This document shows, piece by piece, positions 1 through 9,812 of a DNA stretch of 64,000 bases (its first letter is position 1; the number at the start of each line of letters is the position of its first letter). The DNA comes from an uncultured Phycisphaerales bacterium (GTDB taxonomy: Bacteria; Planctomycetota; Phycisphaerae; Tepidisphaerales; Tepidisphaeraceae), in contig CAVWVQ010000004.1 of the NCBI GenBank assembly GCA_963758525.1, forward strand, positions 32,001-96,000, in the 5' to 3' direction. A model generated the notes under the pieces. That model had not been told where the DNA came from. It did not search any database and was given only the letters and a program-made list of their open reading frames with translations. The position numbers and the translations under genes are program-made.

Positions 1-1428
1 TGGGACGACGCTCGCTTGCGGATCTTTGAGTTCCACGACAATAACGCTGGCCATCACGTTAGGAGCATAGTGCTGCGTTTGCACAACCGGCCCGTCCTTG
101 ATCATTGTCACCGGAAGCTCTGTCGAAGGGTCACTTAAAAGATATGCTTTCTTGATTTCGCCTTTGAACGCGGGGAGCTTGAATCCGCCGCTCGGCCAGT
201 GGAATACGGTGAAATAGAGCTTGCCGGGTTTGGTCGTGCAGCGCCAATCGAGAAATGGCAGATTGACAGTTCTGCCGTTGGCTTGAGTCACTTGATGGTA
301 GCCGGGAAAGCCTTCTGCAAATGGAGATCGGCCCGCGCCATAGAGCGCTTCGCCGTTCACCTTCAGCCATCGCCCCAGGGTCAGCAGATTTTCGCGCACC
401 ACCACCGGAATAACGCCCTGCGCTGTCGGCCCGACATCCAGCAGGTAGTTTCCGCCTTTACTGGCAACATCCATTAAAATGGCAAGCACCTGACTGGGCG
501 ATTTGTAATCCGAATCGTTTTGATCAAAGCCCCAATTGTGATTCAGCTCCCCGGGCGTTTCCCAATCGCCAGTCACGCTGGCGTTGGGAATTCCGTTGTC
601 GCCCATCGTGGCGTAATCGCCCGGAATGCCGAGCCGGCCATCAATTAAACATGCGGGTTGGAGCGAATGCACAATGTCCGCGATCGGCTGCGCCCGTTGC
701 GGGGTCATCAGCGCCGGCGTGTCGAAGAACAACTCGCATACCGGGCCGTAATCGGTCAGCAGCTCCTTCACCTGCGGCTCCACCTTTGTCCTGAGATAGT
801 TGTCAAAAGCGCCATCCTTGTCCTTCGCGCTGTCCCTCCCGTAATCCCACGCGTTCCCCTCGCCACCAGGCTCGTGCCAATCGACCGACTGTGAGTAATA
901 GAATCCCAGCTTGATCCCATGCTTCGCGCACGCGTCGGCAAGTTCGCGGCACGGATCGCGATGAAACGGTGTCGCGTCCACGATGTTGTAAGGGGATGCT
1001 TTCGAGTGATACATCGCAAATCCATCCCCGTGCTTGGCAGTGATGACGATGTATTTCATCCCGGCATCCTGTGCCATCTGCACCCATTGTTCGGCGTCGA
1101 AATCCACTGGATTAAATTGGGCGGCTAACGGTTCGTATTCCTTCACGGGAATCGGCACGTGCGCCATGATCCACTCGCTGCTGGGACGAATCGCCCTGCC
1201 CTTCCAAACTCCAGCGGGAATGGCGTAAAGCCCCCAATGGATGAACAGGCCGTATTTCGCCTCGCGAAACCAGGCCATCTTTTTGTCATGGCCGGGGGAG
1301 TTCTGCGACGACGCCGGCATCGTTGTCATGACCTCCGGCATCGTTTGTGCCATGCTGTTTGCGCCAGCCAACGCAACCATCAACGTCAGAGAGAAAATGG
1401 ATCCGAACGGCGTGTGTTTCCAAGTCAT
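1..1428 (-). CDS. alpha-L-fucosidase, GH29 (runs off left edge, 3' end missing)
   Basis: Not in the ORF track (no stop in window). Manual translation from ATG at 1428: MTWKHTPFGSIFSLTLMVALAGANSMAQ (signal-like)...KMAWFREAKYGLFIHWGLYAIPAGVWKG, the typical GH29 N-terminal motif. The window edge reads ..ASVIVVELKDPQASVVP in the same frame. Confidence 0.9.
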   Translation of the reverse strand, partial: MTWKHTPFGSIFSLTLMVALAGANSMAQTMPEVMTTMPASSQNSPGHDKKMAWFREAKYGLFIHWGLYAIPAGVWKGRAIRPSSEWIMAHVPIPVKEYEPLAAQFNPVDFDAEQWVQMAQDAGMKYIVITAKHGDGFAMYHSKASPYNIVDATPFHRDPCRELADACAKHGIKLGFYYSQSVDWHEPGGEGNAWDYGRDSAKDKDGAFDNYLRTKVEPQVKELLTDYGPVCELFFDTPALMTPQRAQPIADIVHSLQPACLIDGRLGIPGDYATMGDNGIPNASVTGDWETPGELNHNWGFDQNDSDYKSPSQVLAILMDVASKGGNYLLDVGPTAQGVIPVVVRENLLTLGRWLKVNGEALYGAGRSPFAEGFPGYHQVTQANGRTVNLPFLDWRCTTKPGKLYFTVFHWPSGGFKLPAFKGEIKKAYLLSDPSTELPVTMIKDGPVVQTQHYAPNVMASVIVVELKDPQASVVP

Positions 1429-1537
1429 ATTGTTGCTCTGTCGAAATCTCGTCTGTTTGCTTCGCATTCTCGTCAACGTCAGTCGTCGGTAGGATCGCGG
1501 GGCCGGCTGGGCGCTCGAAAGTGGCGATCGGCTCCGA

Positions 1538-1605
1538 GTAGGGCGGGATTCATCCCGCCAATTTTTTCGCCGGCCGAGAAAACGGCGGGATGAATCCCGC
1601 CCTAC
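1538..1605. repeat. GTAG-type REP doublet (REPIN-like inverted pair)
   Basis: GTAGGGCGGGATTCATCCCGCC (1538-1559) and its exact reverse complement (1584-1605). Each arm is itself a hairpin (GGCGGGAT-TC-ATCCCGCC) with a terminal GTAG. Confidence 0.85.
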
Positions 1606-1672
1606 CATCGCAAGATCCGCAATCGCCACAATTAAAACTTACACCCGGCCGCCTGCACAGTCCGACCACCTC

Positions 1673-3241
1673 TCATTTTGTCTGACCGGCTCCCGGTAAG
1701 GGTTTAGAGGCTGCAAACGGGCTGTCGGTTCGAAATGGAACCGCGGGCAACCCAGCCTTGTTGAAGAAATTCGGCGTCGCTTTTTCATCCCAGGCAAATC
1801 GCACTGTTTTTGGCTCGGGCACCTGCGGGCTGGTGATGACGATCGCGTCCCCGGAGATTTCGGCTTGAGCCGGATAAAACTTGCCGTCGGCGCCGGCAGT
1901 GGTGAACCAGTCCAGAGGCTTCCCGTCTTTAGAGACGAGTCCGCCATCAACGTGGGTAAAGTGCAGGACGGCCTTAAACCCTTCTCGTTCGATGCTGCCG
2001 TTGCGATAGATCGGTCCGGACGGTTCGATTTTGCGGCCGTACTCCTTTGCCAGGGCCCATAGCGCCAGTCGCTCCCCAACCTCCTTCTTATGTGGCGGAT
2101 GCATATTCTTCAGGTCGCCGACGTCGGTGGTTACGACCATTCCAGTGTTGGGCAACTGCAACGCCTCCGCCTGCGCTTCGCGAAAAGCGGGCTCCGCGTC
2201 CGGCAGATCCGCGAATCCCGCCCGGGATGAATATTGCAACGGCGGCAACTGCACAAAGTAGAACGGCAGGTCACGGCCCCACGCCGCACGCCAACTCTCG
2301 ATCAGCGCCTTCTGTTTGTTTGCATAGATCGCACCGTCCTTCTCCAGGAGGTTGGACTCACCCTGATACCACAGCACGCCCCGAATCGCGCAAGGAACCA
2401 ACGGATGAATCATCCCGTTGTACAGCGTGCTGATGGTCGTTCCGTGGAATTTCACCTTAGGCGTCTTCGCGGCGGTCGCGAAGTCGGCCAGTGCCGGGTC
2501 GTTGTCGAAGCCGGACGCAGGCATCCAACCCTCGATGTGCGTGCCCCCCGCCGTCGCTTCCATCATGCCGATGGGAACGTTCAGTTCCCCAAACAGCTTG
2601 CGGGCAAAGAAGTAGCCGACGGCGGAAAACTTTATCTCGTCGAGCGAAGCGGGTGTGCAGACGACCCAGCCCTTCCATGGATAATCCGCCTTGGGCCGGG
2701 TGGTCGTTTCGATGTCGGGCGAGGGTTTTTCCGTGTTGGAGATTTCTTCGTTCAGCAATCGAATCAGCGGGTAGTTTGCCTCAGCCAATTCGTGCTCGGC
2801 ATCGATCGTGGTCACCGGCTGGCCCCGCCACGTTCCCACTGGCTTTTGCATATTGGACTGGCCCGAACACAGCCAGACCTCGCCAACAAGTACATCCTTG
2901 AATGTGACCGATTCCTTTCCCGCGATCGTCAGTTCCGCCGGCGTGGCGGAGATCTGCAGCGGATCAAGCTCAACCTGCCAGCGGCCCAGTCCGGCAAAGG
3001 GGGAGACCGGGCGCGTCGTCAAAGCGGGCGTTGCCGCGCCGGCCGTCGCGTGCTTTTCCTGGCCGGCGAAACGCACAGTGATCTGTTCACCCGGCTCGGC
3101 CCAGCCCCATACCGGCACCGGCATCCCCGACTGCAGCACCATATGATCGCCGAAGATGTGCGGCGTCAGCAACGCGAACGCGGGGGAACTGCCGCAAAAT
3201 ATCGCAACGGCGAAGAGTGGAATGGCATACTTGATCTTCAT
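1673..3241 (-). CDS. sialate O-acetylesterase / SASA-family carbohydrate esterase
   Basis: Signal peptide; FGDHMVLQ, VGEVWLCSGQSNM, GVLWYQGESN and DLKNMHPPHKKEVGERLA motifs of SGNH SASA esterases. Confidence 0.9.
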   Translation of the reverse strand: MKIKYAIPLFAVAIFCGSSPAFALLTPHIFGDHMVLQSGMPVPVWGWAEPGEQITVRFAGQEKHATAGAATPALTTRPVSPFAGLGRWQVELDPLQISATPAELTIAGKESVTFKDVLVGEVWLCSGQSNMQKPVGTWRGQPVTTIDAEHELAEANYPLIRLLNEEISNTEKPSPDIETTTRPKADYPWKGWVVCTPASLDEIKFSAVGYFFARKLFGELNVPIGMMEATAGGTHIEGWMPASGFDNDPALADFATAAKTPKVKFHGTTISTLYNGMIHPLVPCAIRGVLWYQGESNLLEKDGAIYANKQKALIESWRAAWGRDLPFYFVQLPPLQYSSRAGFADLPDAEPAFREAQAEALQLPNTGMVVTTDVGDLKNMHPPHKKEVGERLALWALAKEYGRKIEPSGPIYRNGSIEREGFKAVLHFTHVDGGLVSKDGKPLDWFTTAGADGKFYPAQAEISGDAIVITSPQVPEPKTVRFAWDEKATPNFFNKAGLPAVPFRTDSPFAASKPLPGAGQTK

Positions 3242-3508
3242 GCCGCGGGGCTCCTTTCAGAATCGGTTTCCGGGCGAAACCAGGCGCGTTTTGCATCGCT
3301 AAGAACGCGCGAACGAAGAACTCGATCTGTCAGCTTGAATCCGATCACTCCGCCCGGACTTTCTTGCGAGGGGATTGCCCGCCGAGCCAGCACAGGTCGC
3401 TCCCGCCGGCCTGAGTTCATATCACCCGGATGCGAAAGCGTTTGTCTCAAAATTGTACTATACTTTTGTCACATACACCGGCTTTCTGTGCGGGATCCCA
3501 GGCCATGA

Positions 3509-5428
3509 TCATTGCGGATTCACTTCGAGCCGGACGTAGTCGTAAAGAACGCCATCTGTCCAGGTGCGGACCTGCTTTGTGAGTTCGACGACATTCTCCC
3601 CCGCCTTCAGCAGCGACGCATCGAACTTCAAATCGCGCTCGACTTCAATGCTGCGGATCCCGTCGCGATGCATCACGCCCATGTTCGGCAGGTCTCCGGT
3701 GCTCCCGATCGACTTGCCATTGACGGCGGCATCCACCGGTCCTCCGCGAGCGCCGCAGATCGCCAATCGCAATGTCGCAGTGCCTTTTAGAGCCTTGTCC
3801 AGGTTAAACCGGATGCGCCAGGTCGTGTTCTTCCACCCGCCCTTGCCATCCGGCCGCGGCGGCTGGACGTAATTCCAGTCGCGCCGGTAGTCGCTCTTGC
3901 CGACCGTGAAATCGACGTCGTTGGGGAATTCCTGCGGGTAGAGGTTGTACAGCCCCCATTGCCAGTAGTGATCGCCATGACGGAATTCCTCGGCACTGCG
4001 ATTGGGAATCCCGATGTCCCAGAGCTGGCTGCCACATCGAACCGGAATCCAGGCCAATTCTCCCAGGTCGATATCCTTACCCTGCTCGATGTGCACATCA
4101 GCCCGGCTGAAATCGCCGAGGACGCCATCGGCAAATGCATAGAGCGTATAAACGCCGGGCCGGGCGTTGGGCACTTTGAAACGTCCGCTGGCATCGGCGC
4201 GAGTCCAATACTGATAGTGCTTCCCATCGATCTGCCAGTCGATCAATGCCTTGCGGCCGCGATCGAGCGTCGCCTCATACGGCGGCTGGGCCAATCCGAC
4301 CCAAGCCCCCGCGGCGCTGGCATTAGGCTCCTGAGGATCGCGTACGACAAGCTGCCCGCTGGCGCTGCCGCGCTGCTCGGCATGCTCATAGCCGGGAGCG
4401 TCCGCCCAGGCATACGGCCACGCTTTCTGCTCCTGTGCAGCACGGCCCAACGCGTCCTTCCACATCGCTTCGTTCGTTTCGCTGTGGTTGCAATAAATGC
4501 AGAACGGTCCAACGATTTTCGTCCAATCATCGGAGCCGTTGATATTGATGTCCTCGCCGCCGTAGTGGTTGCTGTGCCAAGCGAACAGAAGCGTGGGATC
4601 GGCGGGAGGCGACGGCTTGAGATCGATATGACCCGTCAGCTCCACCTTGATCGGGGCGCCGATGATGTACTCGATGCTGGGATTGACGATCCATAATCCG
4701 ACGTGCTGACTGGAGCTGCTCCATCCCCAGGCGGGCGTCTGGGAGAACATCGCGGAATAATCGTATTTGTGTTCGACCTCTCCCTGGTGAATGCCGGTGG
4801 TCATCCGCCGCGCTTCCCAGAGATTGAGTTGCTGGCCATTCACCCAATCCTCGCCGCTGATCATCTCCCGCTGTCGGCGGCTGTCCACGCTGAGATAGTC
4901 GAAAACCTTCGGATTCAGTTTGAGACAGAAGGTGCCGGCCTCAATGTTGAAGCCGGGATTTCCCGGATCGTGATGAATAATGGTCCATCCAAAGAGTCCT
5001 GAGTCACCGTGGTGGAGCGCATAGCGGATTTCGAGATTCATCGGCACCGCTCCCGGTTGGCCGTGGTACGGGAACCGCACCGCGACTTCTGCGATGGCGC
5101 CGCCATTCTTTGCTGGATCCTGTGTTATTTGAAATTCGAACGGAAGCGGCTTCTTCTCCGTTTTCGCCTGGCCGGGTGTTTCACCGTAACAATTCCAGTA
5201 CGCGCCGCCCCGGCTGAGCATGTCGACGCCACGGTATTGCAGCGAGCGCAGGTTGGCGTTTGTCTTGTCGATGATTGCCGAGACGATGCCGTTCGACAGA
5301 GTGACACTTGCGGCGTCCTGGGTGATGACGACTGCGTTCGGCTCCGCTGCCCTCGCGCGCGTGACGGCGCAGGTCACGATCAGCAGCAGCAATGCCGTTG
5401 TCAATTGTTTGGGGGGAGTGACGCCCAT
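3509..5428 (-). CDS. rhamnogalacturonan endolyase, PL4
   Basis: Signal peptide; VTLSNGIVSA, GEVEHKYDYS, HYGG, WTKIVGPF, WPYAW, YQYWTRAD..G.F...NARPGVYTLYA, LWDIGIPNRSAEEF and terminal VLYDYVRLE match PL4 domain order. Confidence 0.9.
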   Translation of the reverse strand: MGVTPPKQLTTALLLLIVTCAVTRARAAEPNAVVITQDAASVTLSNGIVSAIIDKTNANLRSLQYRGVDMLSRGGAYWNCYGETPGQAKTEKKPLPFEFQITQDPAKNGGAIAEVAVRFPYHGQPGAVPMNLEIRYALHHGDSGLFGWTIIHHDPGNPGFNIEAGTFCLKLNPKVFDYLSVDSRRQREMISGEDWVNGQQLNLWEARRMTTGIHQGEVEHKYDYSAMFSQTPAWGWSSSSQHVGLWIVNPSIEYIIGAPIKVELTGHIDLKPSPPADPTLLFAWHSNHYGGEDININGSDDWTKIVGPFCIYCNHSETNEAMWKDALGRAAQEQKAWPYAWADAPGYEHAEQRGSASGQLVVRDPQEPNASAAGAWVGLAQPPYEATLDRGRKALIDWQIDGKHYQYWTRADASGRFKVPNARPGVYTLYAFADGVLGDFSRADVHIEQGKDIDLGELAWIPVRCGSQLWDIGIPNRSAEEFRHGDHYWQWGLYNLYPQEFPNDVDFTVGKSDYRRDWNYVQPPRPDGKGGWKNTTWRIRFNLDKALKGTATLRLAICGARGGPVDAAVNGKSIGSTGDLPNMGVMHRDGIRSIEVERDLKFDASLLKAGENVVELTKQVRTWTDGVLYDYVRLEVNPQ

Positions 5429-5597
5429 GTGTCAGTTAACAAATCGGGATTCGCCGGGATATGCTACCGGTCACCCCTGAAGAAGCGGGCATTTGTCTCA
5501 TCGCACCGCCGTGCGATGAGCAGATGCCGGTTGAGTTCCTAGACCAAGATCAAGCATCCCTCTCAGAGCGTCAGCCACAGGGCTTGGTTTGGAAACG

Positions 5598-6623
5598 CTA
5601 TTTCCACGGAACCACGGTTTTATACTTATTTGGCAGCTTGTCGATGTTGCCGAAGGGGACTCCGGGGAGCGCCATATACTTGGAGGGATCGCGACCATCG
5701 GCCTCGGTCTCCAAAACGTCCAATGTGTCGAAATACTGCCGGTTACCGGTCGAGTAGCCAAGATTAAGGCCATACCCGTTGGAGTTCGCCGCATTGACCG
5801 CCGGGTCATAGGCGTAATCGTCGTTCACCGTCGTTACATGACCATCGGGGTACAACATGTTGAAGGAAGGGCGCGTACCCGACTTCCACGTGTGGGGAAA
5901 GTACCAGATGGGAGCATTGTTTGGTGTATTTGCGAAGAGAGTGCTTCTGTAAATACTGCCGTCTTTTATACCGCTGTTGTAATAAAACTCACACGCCATA
6001 ACGAGTTGGGGAGGGATCTGGTCGATCCTGCGATACGCATGCGTGTAAGAGCCGCCATACACGAACGAATAGGCGATAATAGGATTGATCATGTATGAGC
6101 CCCCGTAGGCGATATTCGCGTTCAGGACCGTACCCTCGCTTAGAATCGCCGGGCAGAATCTCACCCTTGCGAAGTCGGGATTCATCTGGTCATCAATCTG
6201 TCCATTTGAAGGAGGGAAGTTGGTGGCTGGATTCAGTGTGAATCCAAACGGAGGGAGGCCCAGGTAATTCACCAGTTGTCCGACATTCGCGCCGCGATCA
6301 CTGAAGGTATGGGTGGCGGCGTTGTAATTACTGGGGCTCGGCCCGCCCTGCCAGACGTCCAGAAAATTTTCCACATTAGGCGTCCCCCCGCCCGAACCCG
6401 AGTATTCCGGCAGGCATTGATGGTTGTCGATCGTGTAGCTGATCATTGCCATCCCGATCTGGCGCAGGTTCGACATGCAATTGGTCAACTGCGCCTGCTT
6501 TCTCGCCTTGCCCAAAGCCGGCAGCAGGATTGAAACCAGCACCGCGATGATGCCGATCACCACCAGCAGTTCGACCAGCGTAAAACCATGCAGAACCCTC
6601 TGAGAAGCGGCGTGTTTGCGCAT
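5598..6623 (-). CDS. prepilin-type N-terminal cleavage/methylation protein (DUF1559-like, H-X9-DG)
   Basis: Start reassigned to ATG 6623: [51 protein letters not shown]-terminal [11 protein letters not shown]. Confidence 0.9.
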   Translation of the reverse strand: MRKHAASQRVLHGFTLVELLVVIGIIAVLVSILLPALGKARKQAQLTNCMSNLRQIGMAMISYTIDNHQCLPEYSGSGGGTPNVENFLDVWQGGPSPSNYNAATHTFSDRGANVGQLVNYLGLPPFGFTLNPATNFPPSNGQIDDQMNPDFARVRFCPAILSEGTVLNANIAYGGSYMINPIIAYSFVYGGSYTHAYRRIDQIPPQLVMACEFYYNSGIKDGSIYRSTLFANTPNNAPIWYFPHTWKSGTRPSFNMLYPDGHVTTVNDDYAYDPAVNAANSNGYGLNLGYSTGNRQYFDTLDVLETEADGRDPSKYMALPGVPFGNIDKLPNKYKTVVPWK

Positions 6624-6838
6624 ATGGACATCGCGAGAAAAAGTTGCACCCCTTTTTCGGTTCGTGGCACCGACGCCGCGAGAACACTCGAACATCGCCA
6701 GGCAGTCCGCGTCGCTCATCTCCTTGCGGACGATTTCTCGTTCGCTACCGCAACCTCGTCTTGGCCGGCGGGGCTCCGTAGAAATGATAGCTCCTGAAAG
6801 TTCCGGCACGACTCTCCTCATAACCGGGAACGCCCCTA

Positions 6839-6903
6839 ATTCTAGCACCATGTTCGACCCTGACAACGGGGGACTTCATGCATTTTTAGTATACTTTTGT
6901 CGC
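6839..6903 (-). promoter_or_regulatory. promoter with one GCGACAAAA box
   Basis: Minus strand: GCGACAAAA (6903-6895) ... TTGTCA (6866-6861)-N16-TAGAAT (6844-6839), with TG just before the -10. The box lies 1 bp from the distal-box position seen at the other copies; the proximal box is degenerate. Confidence 0.6.
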
Positions 6904-7099
6904 AATGCGCGGGGCTTCGATCCCCGTCCGCACGGAGCTCCGCAATGGGAGGAGCATATGGCGCGCCATCCTCGGTCTTCGTGCCCCTGGTGCTGCGGCT
7001 GCGGGTGAGAAATATTCAGTAGTTGCAGCATCACCAAAAGCCCCGTGCCGGTATATTACGTCGGCGGGTATCATCAACAGTCCGGCAGGAGCAGGCAAA

Positions 7100-9586
7100 A
7101 TGACGCGACGGCGGATGCATTCTTCGGGATTTCGTGCGGCGCATTGGGCAGTATTGATGGGGGCGATGGCGGCGGCCTTTGCCGGGGCGACGCGAGGGGA
7201 GGAGGGCGCGCCCGAACCGCGTGCGGCCAAGGCCGCGGGGGACCATGCTCCGGCGAAGAAGAAGCCCAAGCGCGACGTGATGAATCCCGACGCCTGGTAC
7301 AACAAAATGGACTACGGTCCCTTCCTTTCGGCCACCATCGTCAGCTCATTTCCCGATAAAAACATCACATATAAGGGCGTCGCGGTGAAGCTGACAGGCG
7401 ATGAGGCGGTCAACATTCTCTTCGACACACAGTTGATGCGCGTGGCGGCAGCGTGGAAGGGCGGGTTTCTAAAACTCGATGGGGTGGCCTATAGCGGAAC
7501 GCACGGGGTCAATCCGTCGCTGGCCGGAGAGCAAATCTTCGGCTCGCATAACTCGCCCGGCTGGGCTCATGAGGGGTCGTTCCACGATCCGCGCCCGGAG
7601 CCGTTTGGTGGAATGCCACGCAATTACATGCACTATCGCGGGCTTTACCGCGACGGCGGCCAGGTCGTCTTTTCCTACACCGTCGGCGATATGGACGTCC
7701 TCGAACTGCCCGGCACAGAGGGCGCCGGCGACGAGCTCGCCATCACGCGCACGATTCAGGCGGGCCCCTCGAAAAGCGCACAGACGCTGATCGTCAGTGA
7801 ACTGGACGCGGGCAAGGGAGGCGTCGGGCCGGTGTCGGGGGGAATCGGATCAGATCAGAAGGGACCTGCCGGCAAGACGATCGCCGTCATCGAGAATAAC
7901 GGCAACGCCACGGCAGCGGGTCTGACGGGCGCGCGAGCGGGGGCGACGTGGGAAGTGGTGGACGACAGGGGGCCGAGCATTCGGCTGACGCTTCCGCCGC
8001 ATGGTGCGAAGGAGACATTGAAGCTGGTGATTTGGAGCGGGCCCTCGGCGGGTCTGGAAAAGTTTGCCACGGCCCTGAAGGGGACTGCGATCGCAGACGT
8101 CGCGGCGCTGTGCAAGGGCGGCCCCGCCCGTTGGCCGCAAGAACTCGCCACGCAAGGGGCGCTTGGCGACGCCGATCCGAAGAACGCCAAGTCCGCTTAT
8201 GTTGTGGATGAGATTCTGCCGCCGAAAGAGAATCCCGGTCAGTCGTTTCTGCGCTTCGGCGGATTCGATCTGTTTCCGGATGGGAAGTCGGCGGCGCTGT
8301 GTACCTGGAACGGAGACGTATGGGTGGTGAAGGGAATCGATGCGAAGCTCGATCACCTGACCTGGCGACGAATTGCGGGCGGACTGTTTCAGACGCTGGG
8401 ACTGAAGATCGTCGACGGCGAGATCTACGTCATGGGACGCGATCAGATCACGCATCTGCACGATCTCAACGGCGATGGCGAAGCGGATTTCTACGAGAAC
8501 TTCAATAACGATGTGACGGTGGCCCCGGCGTTCCATGAGTTTGCCTTTGATCTCCAGCAGGACGCGGAGGGCAATTTTTATTTCGCCAAGGCCGGCGGAG
8601 TGCGTGCCGGCGGGCGTGGTTTTGAAACACCGGTTACTGCCGACCAGGGGACGGTGATGCGCGTGTCGAAGGATGGGAGCCGGCTCGATGTGATCGCTTC
8701 GGGGTTCCGCGCGCCCAACGGCATGTGCGTCGGCCCCGACGGGCAGATCGTGACCGGTGACAACCAGGGAAGCTGGATCCCGGTCGATCGCATCAACTGG
8801 GTGAAGCCGGGCGGCTTCTATGGCGTTCCCGAGTTGGCCCACCGCACGCCGACGCCAACGACCACCGACAACCCGCTCTGCTGGATGATCTATCCCAGCT
8901 GGGACAACTCCAACGGCGACCCCGTCTTCTGCACCAGCGACCGGTTCGGCCCGTTCAAGGATCAACTGCTCTATCTGTCCTACGGACAGTGTCACCTTTT
9001 CACCGTAATGAAAGAGGAAAAGGATGGCGAGATCCAGGGCGGTGTTTCCCGATTTCCTGTGGACTTTCAGACCGGCAGCATGCGGGCCCGCTTCAGCAAG
9101 ACCGACGGCGATCTGTACGTTTGCGGCCTCAAGGGCTGGCAAACGAGTGCCCGCAAAGACACCGCTTTCGAACGCGTGCGCTATACCGGCAAGCCGGCGC
9201 ACATGCCGATTGCGCTGCACGTGAAGGATAACGGAATTGAGATCACGTTCACCGATCCGGTGCAGAAGGATTCCGCCGCCGATCCGGGGGCGTGGGACAT
9301 TCAGCAGTGGAACTATCACTGGTCGTCGGACTACGGCTCCGGCGAATATTCGGTGGCCGATCCGTCGAAGAAAGGCCACGACACCGTGGCGGTCAAATCC
9401 GCGACGCTGTCCGATGACGGAAAGACGTTGTTCCTGGGCATCGACAACCTGCAGCCGGTGATGCAGATGCTGATCCGCGGCGAGATTGAAGCGGCCGACG
9501 GAACGCCAATGACGGTGGAGATCGCCAACACGATTAACGCGGTGAATGGGAAGAAGATGGTCCTGTCCGCGACGGAAAAGGGTTAA
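7100..9586 (+). CDS. DUF6797-like secreted protein with glucose/sorbosone dehydrogenase-like beta-propeller (copy 1)
   Basis: AGGAG then ATG 7100; signal-like N-terminus; MDYGPFLSATI, HYRGLY, GGFDLFPDG..CTWNGDVW, FYENFNND, HEFAFDLQ, GFRAPNG, DNQGSW, MRARFSKTDGDLYVCGLKGWQ. Confidence 0.7.
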   Translation: MTRRRMHSSGFRAAHWAVLMGAMAAAFAGATRGEEGAPEPRAAKAAGDHAPAKKKPKRDVMNPDAWYNKMDYGPFLSATIVSSFPDKNITYKGVAVKLTGDEAVNILFDTQLMRVAAAWKGGFLKLDGVAYSGTHGVNPSLAGEQIFGSHNSPGWAHEGSFHDPRPEPFGGMPRNYMHYRGLYRDGGQVVFSYTVGDMDVLELPGTEGAGDELAITRTIQAGPSKSAQTLIVSELDAGKGGVGPVSGGIGSDQKGPAGKTIAVIENNGNATAAGLTGARAGATWEVVDDRGPSIRLTLPPHGAKETLKLVIWSGPSAGLEKFATALKGTAIADVAALCKGGPARWPQELATQGALGDADPKNAKSAYVVDEILPPKENPGQSFLRFGGFDLFPDGKSAALCTWNGDVWVVKGIDAKLDHLTWRRIAGGLFQTLGLKIVDGEIYVMGRDQITHLHDLNGDGEADFYENFNNDVTVAPAFHEFAFDLQQDAEGNFYFAKAGGVRAGGRGFETPVTADQGTVMRVSKDGSRLDVIASGFRAPNGMCVGPDGQIVTGDNQGSWIPVDRINWVKPGGFYGVPELAHRTPTPTTTDNPLCWMIYPSWDNSNGDPVFCTSDRFGPFKDQLLYLSYGQCHLFTVMKEEKDGEIQGGVSRFPVDFQTGSMRARFSKTDGDLYVCGLKGWQTSARKDTAFERVRYTGKPAHMPIALHVKDNGIEITFTDPVQKDSAADPGAWDIQQWNYHWSSDYGSGEYSVADPSKKGHDTVAVKSATLSDDGKTLFLGIDNLQPVMQMLIRGEIEAADGTPMTVEIANTINAVNGKKMVLSATEKG

Positions 9587-9623
9587 GCAGCCGTTTCAGA
9601 ACGCTCCGGCGGTCTTCCGTTGA

Positions 9624-9709
9624 GGGTTCAGGGTGTCAGGGTTCAGGGTTCAGGGTTCAGGGTTCAGGATTCAGCAGCTCGATTTTCGCTGAACCGTGAA
9701 TCCTGAATC
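9624..9709. repeat. heptamer tandem repeat (GGGTTCA)n with short inverted arm
   Basis: About seven GGGTTCA-like units at 9624-9673, then reverse-complement units (TGAACC/TGAATCC) at 9689-9709. A degenerate copy lies near 60157-60177. Confidence 0.75.
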
Positions 9710-9812
9710 ACGGGCTCCTAAGCAACGAGGATCGATGCCCTTAGGTTCATGGAAATCACGGATTCGATTTCGAGACGGTCTCCGAACTCCGTACCGCTCG
9801 CTCCGTCTTCCG

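Noticed and set aside
6624..7099. Long N-terminal extensions in ORF-track starts (6866, 6905; also 28216, 39652, 62622)
   Set aside because: They overlap predicted promoters or the IS end; downstream ATGs with RBS or signal/prepilin leaders fit better.
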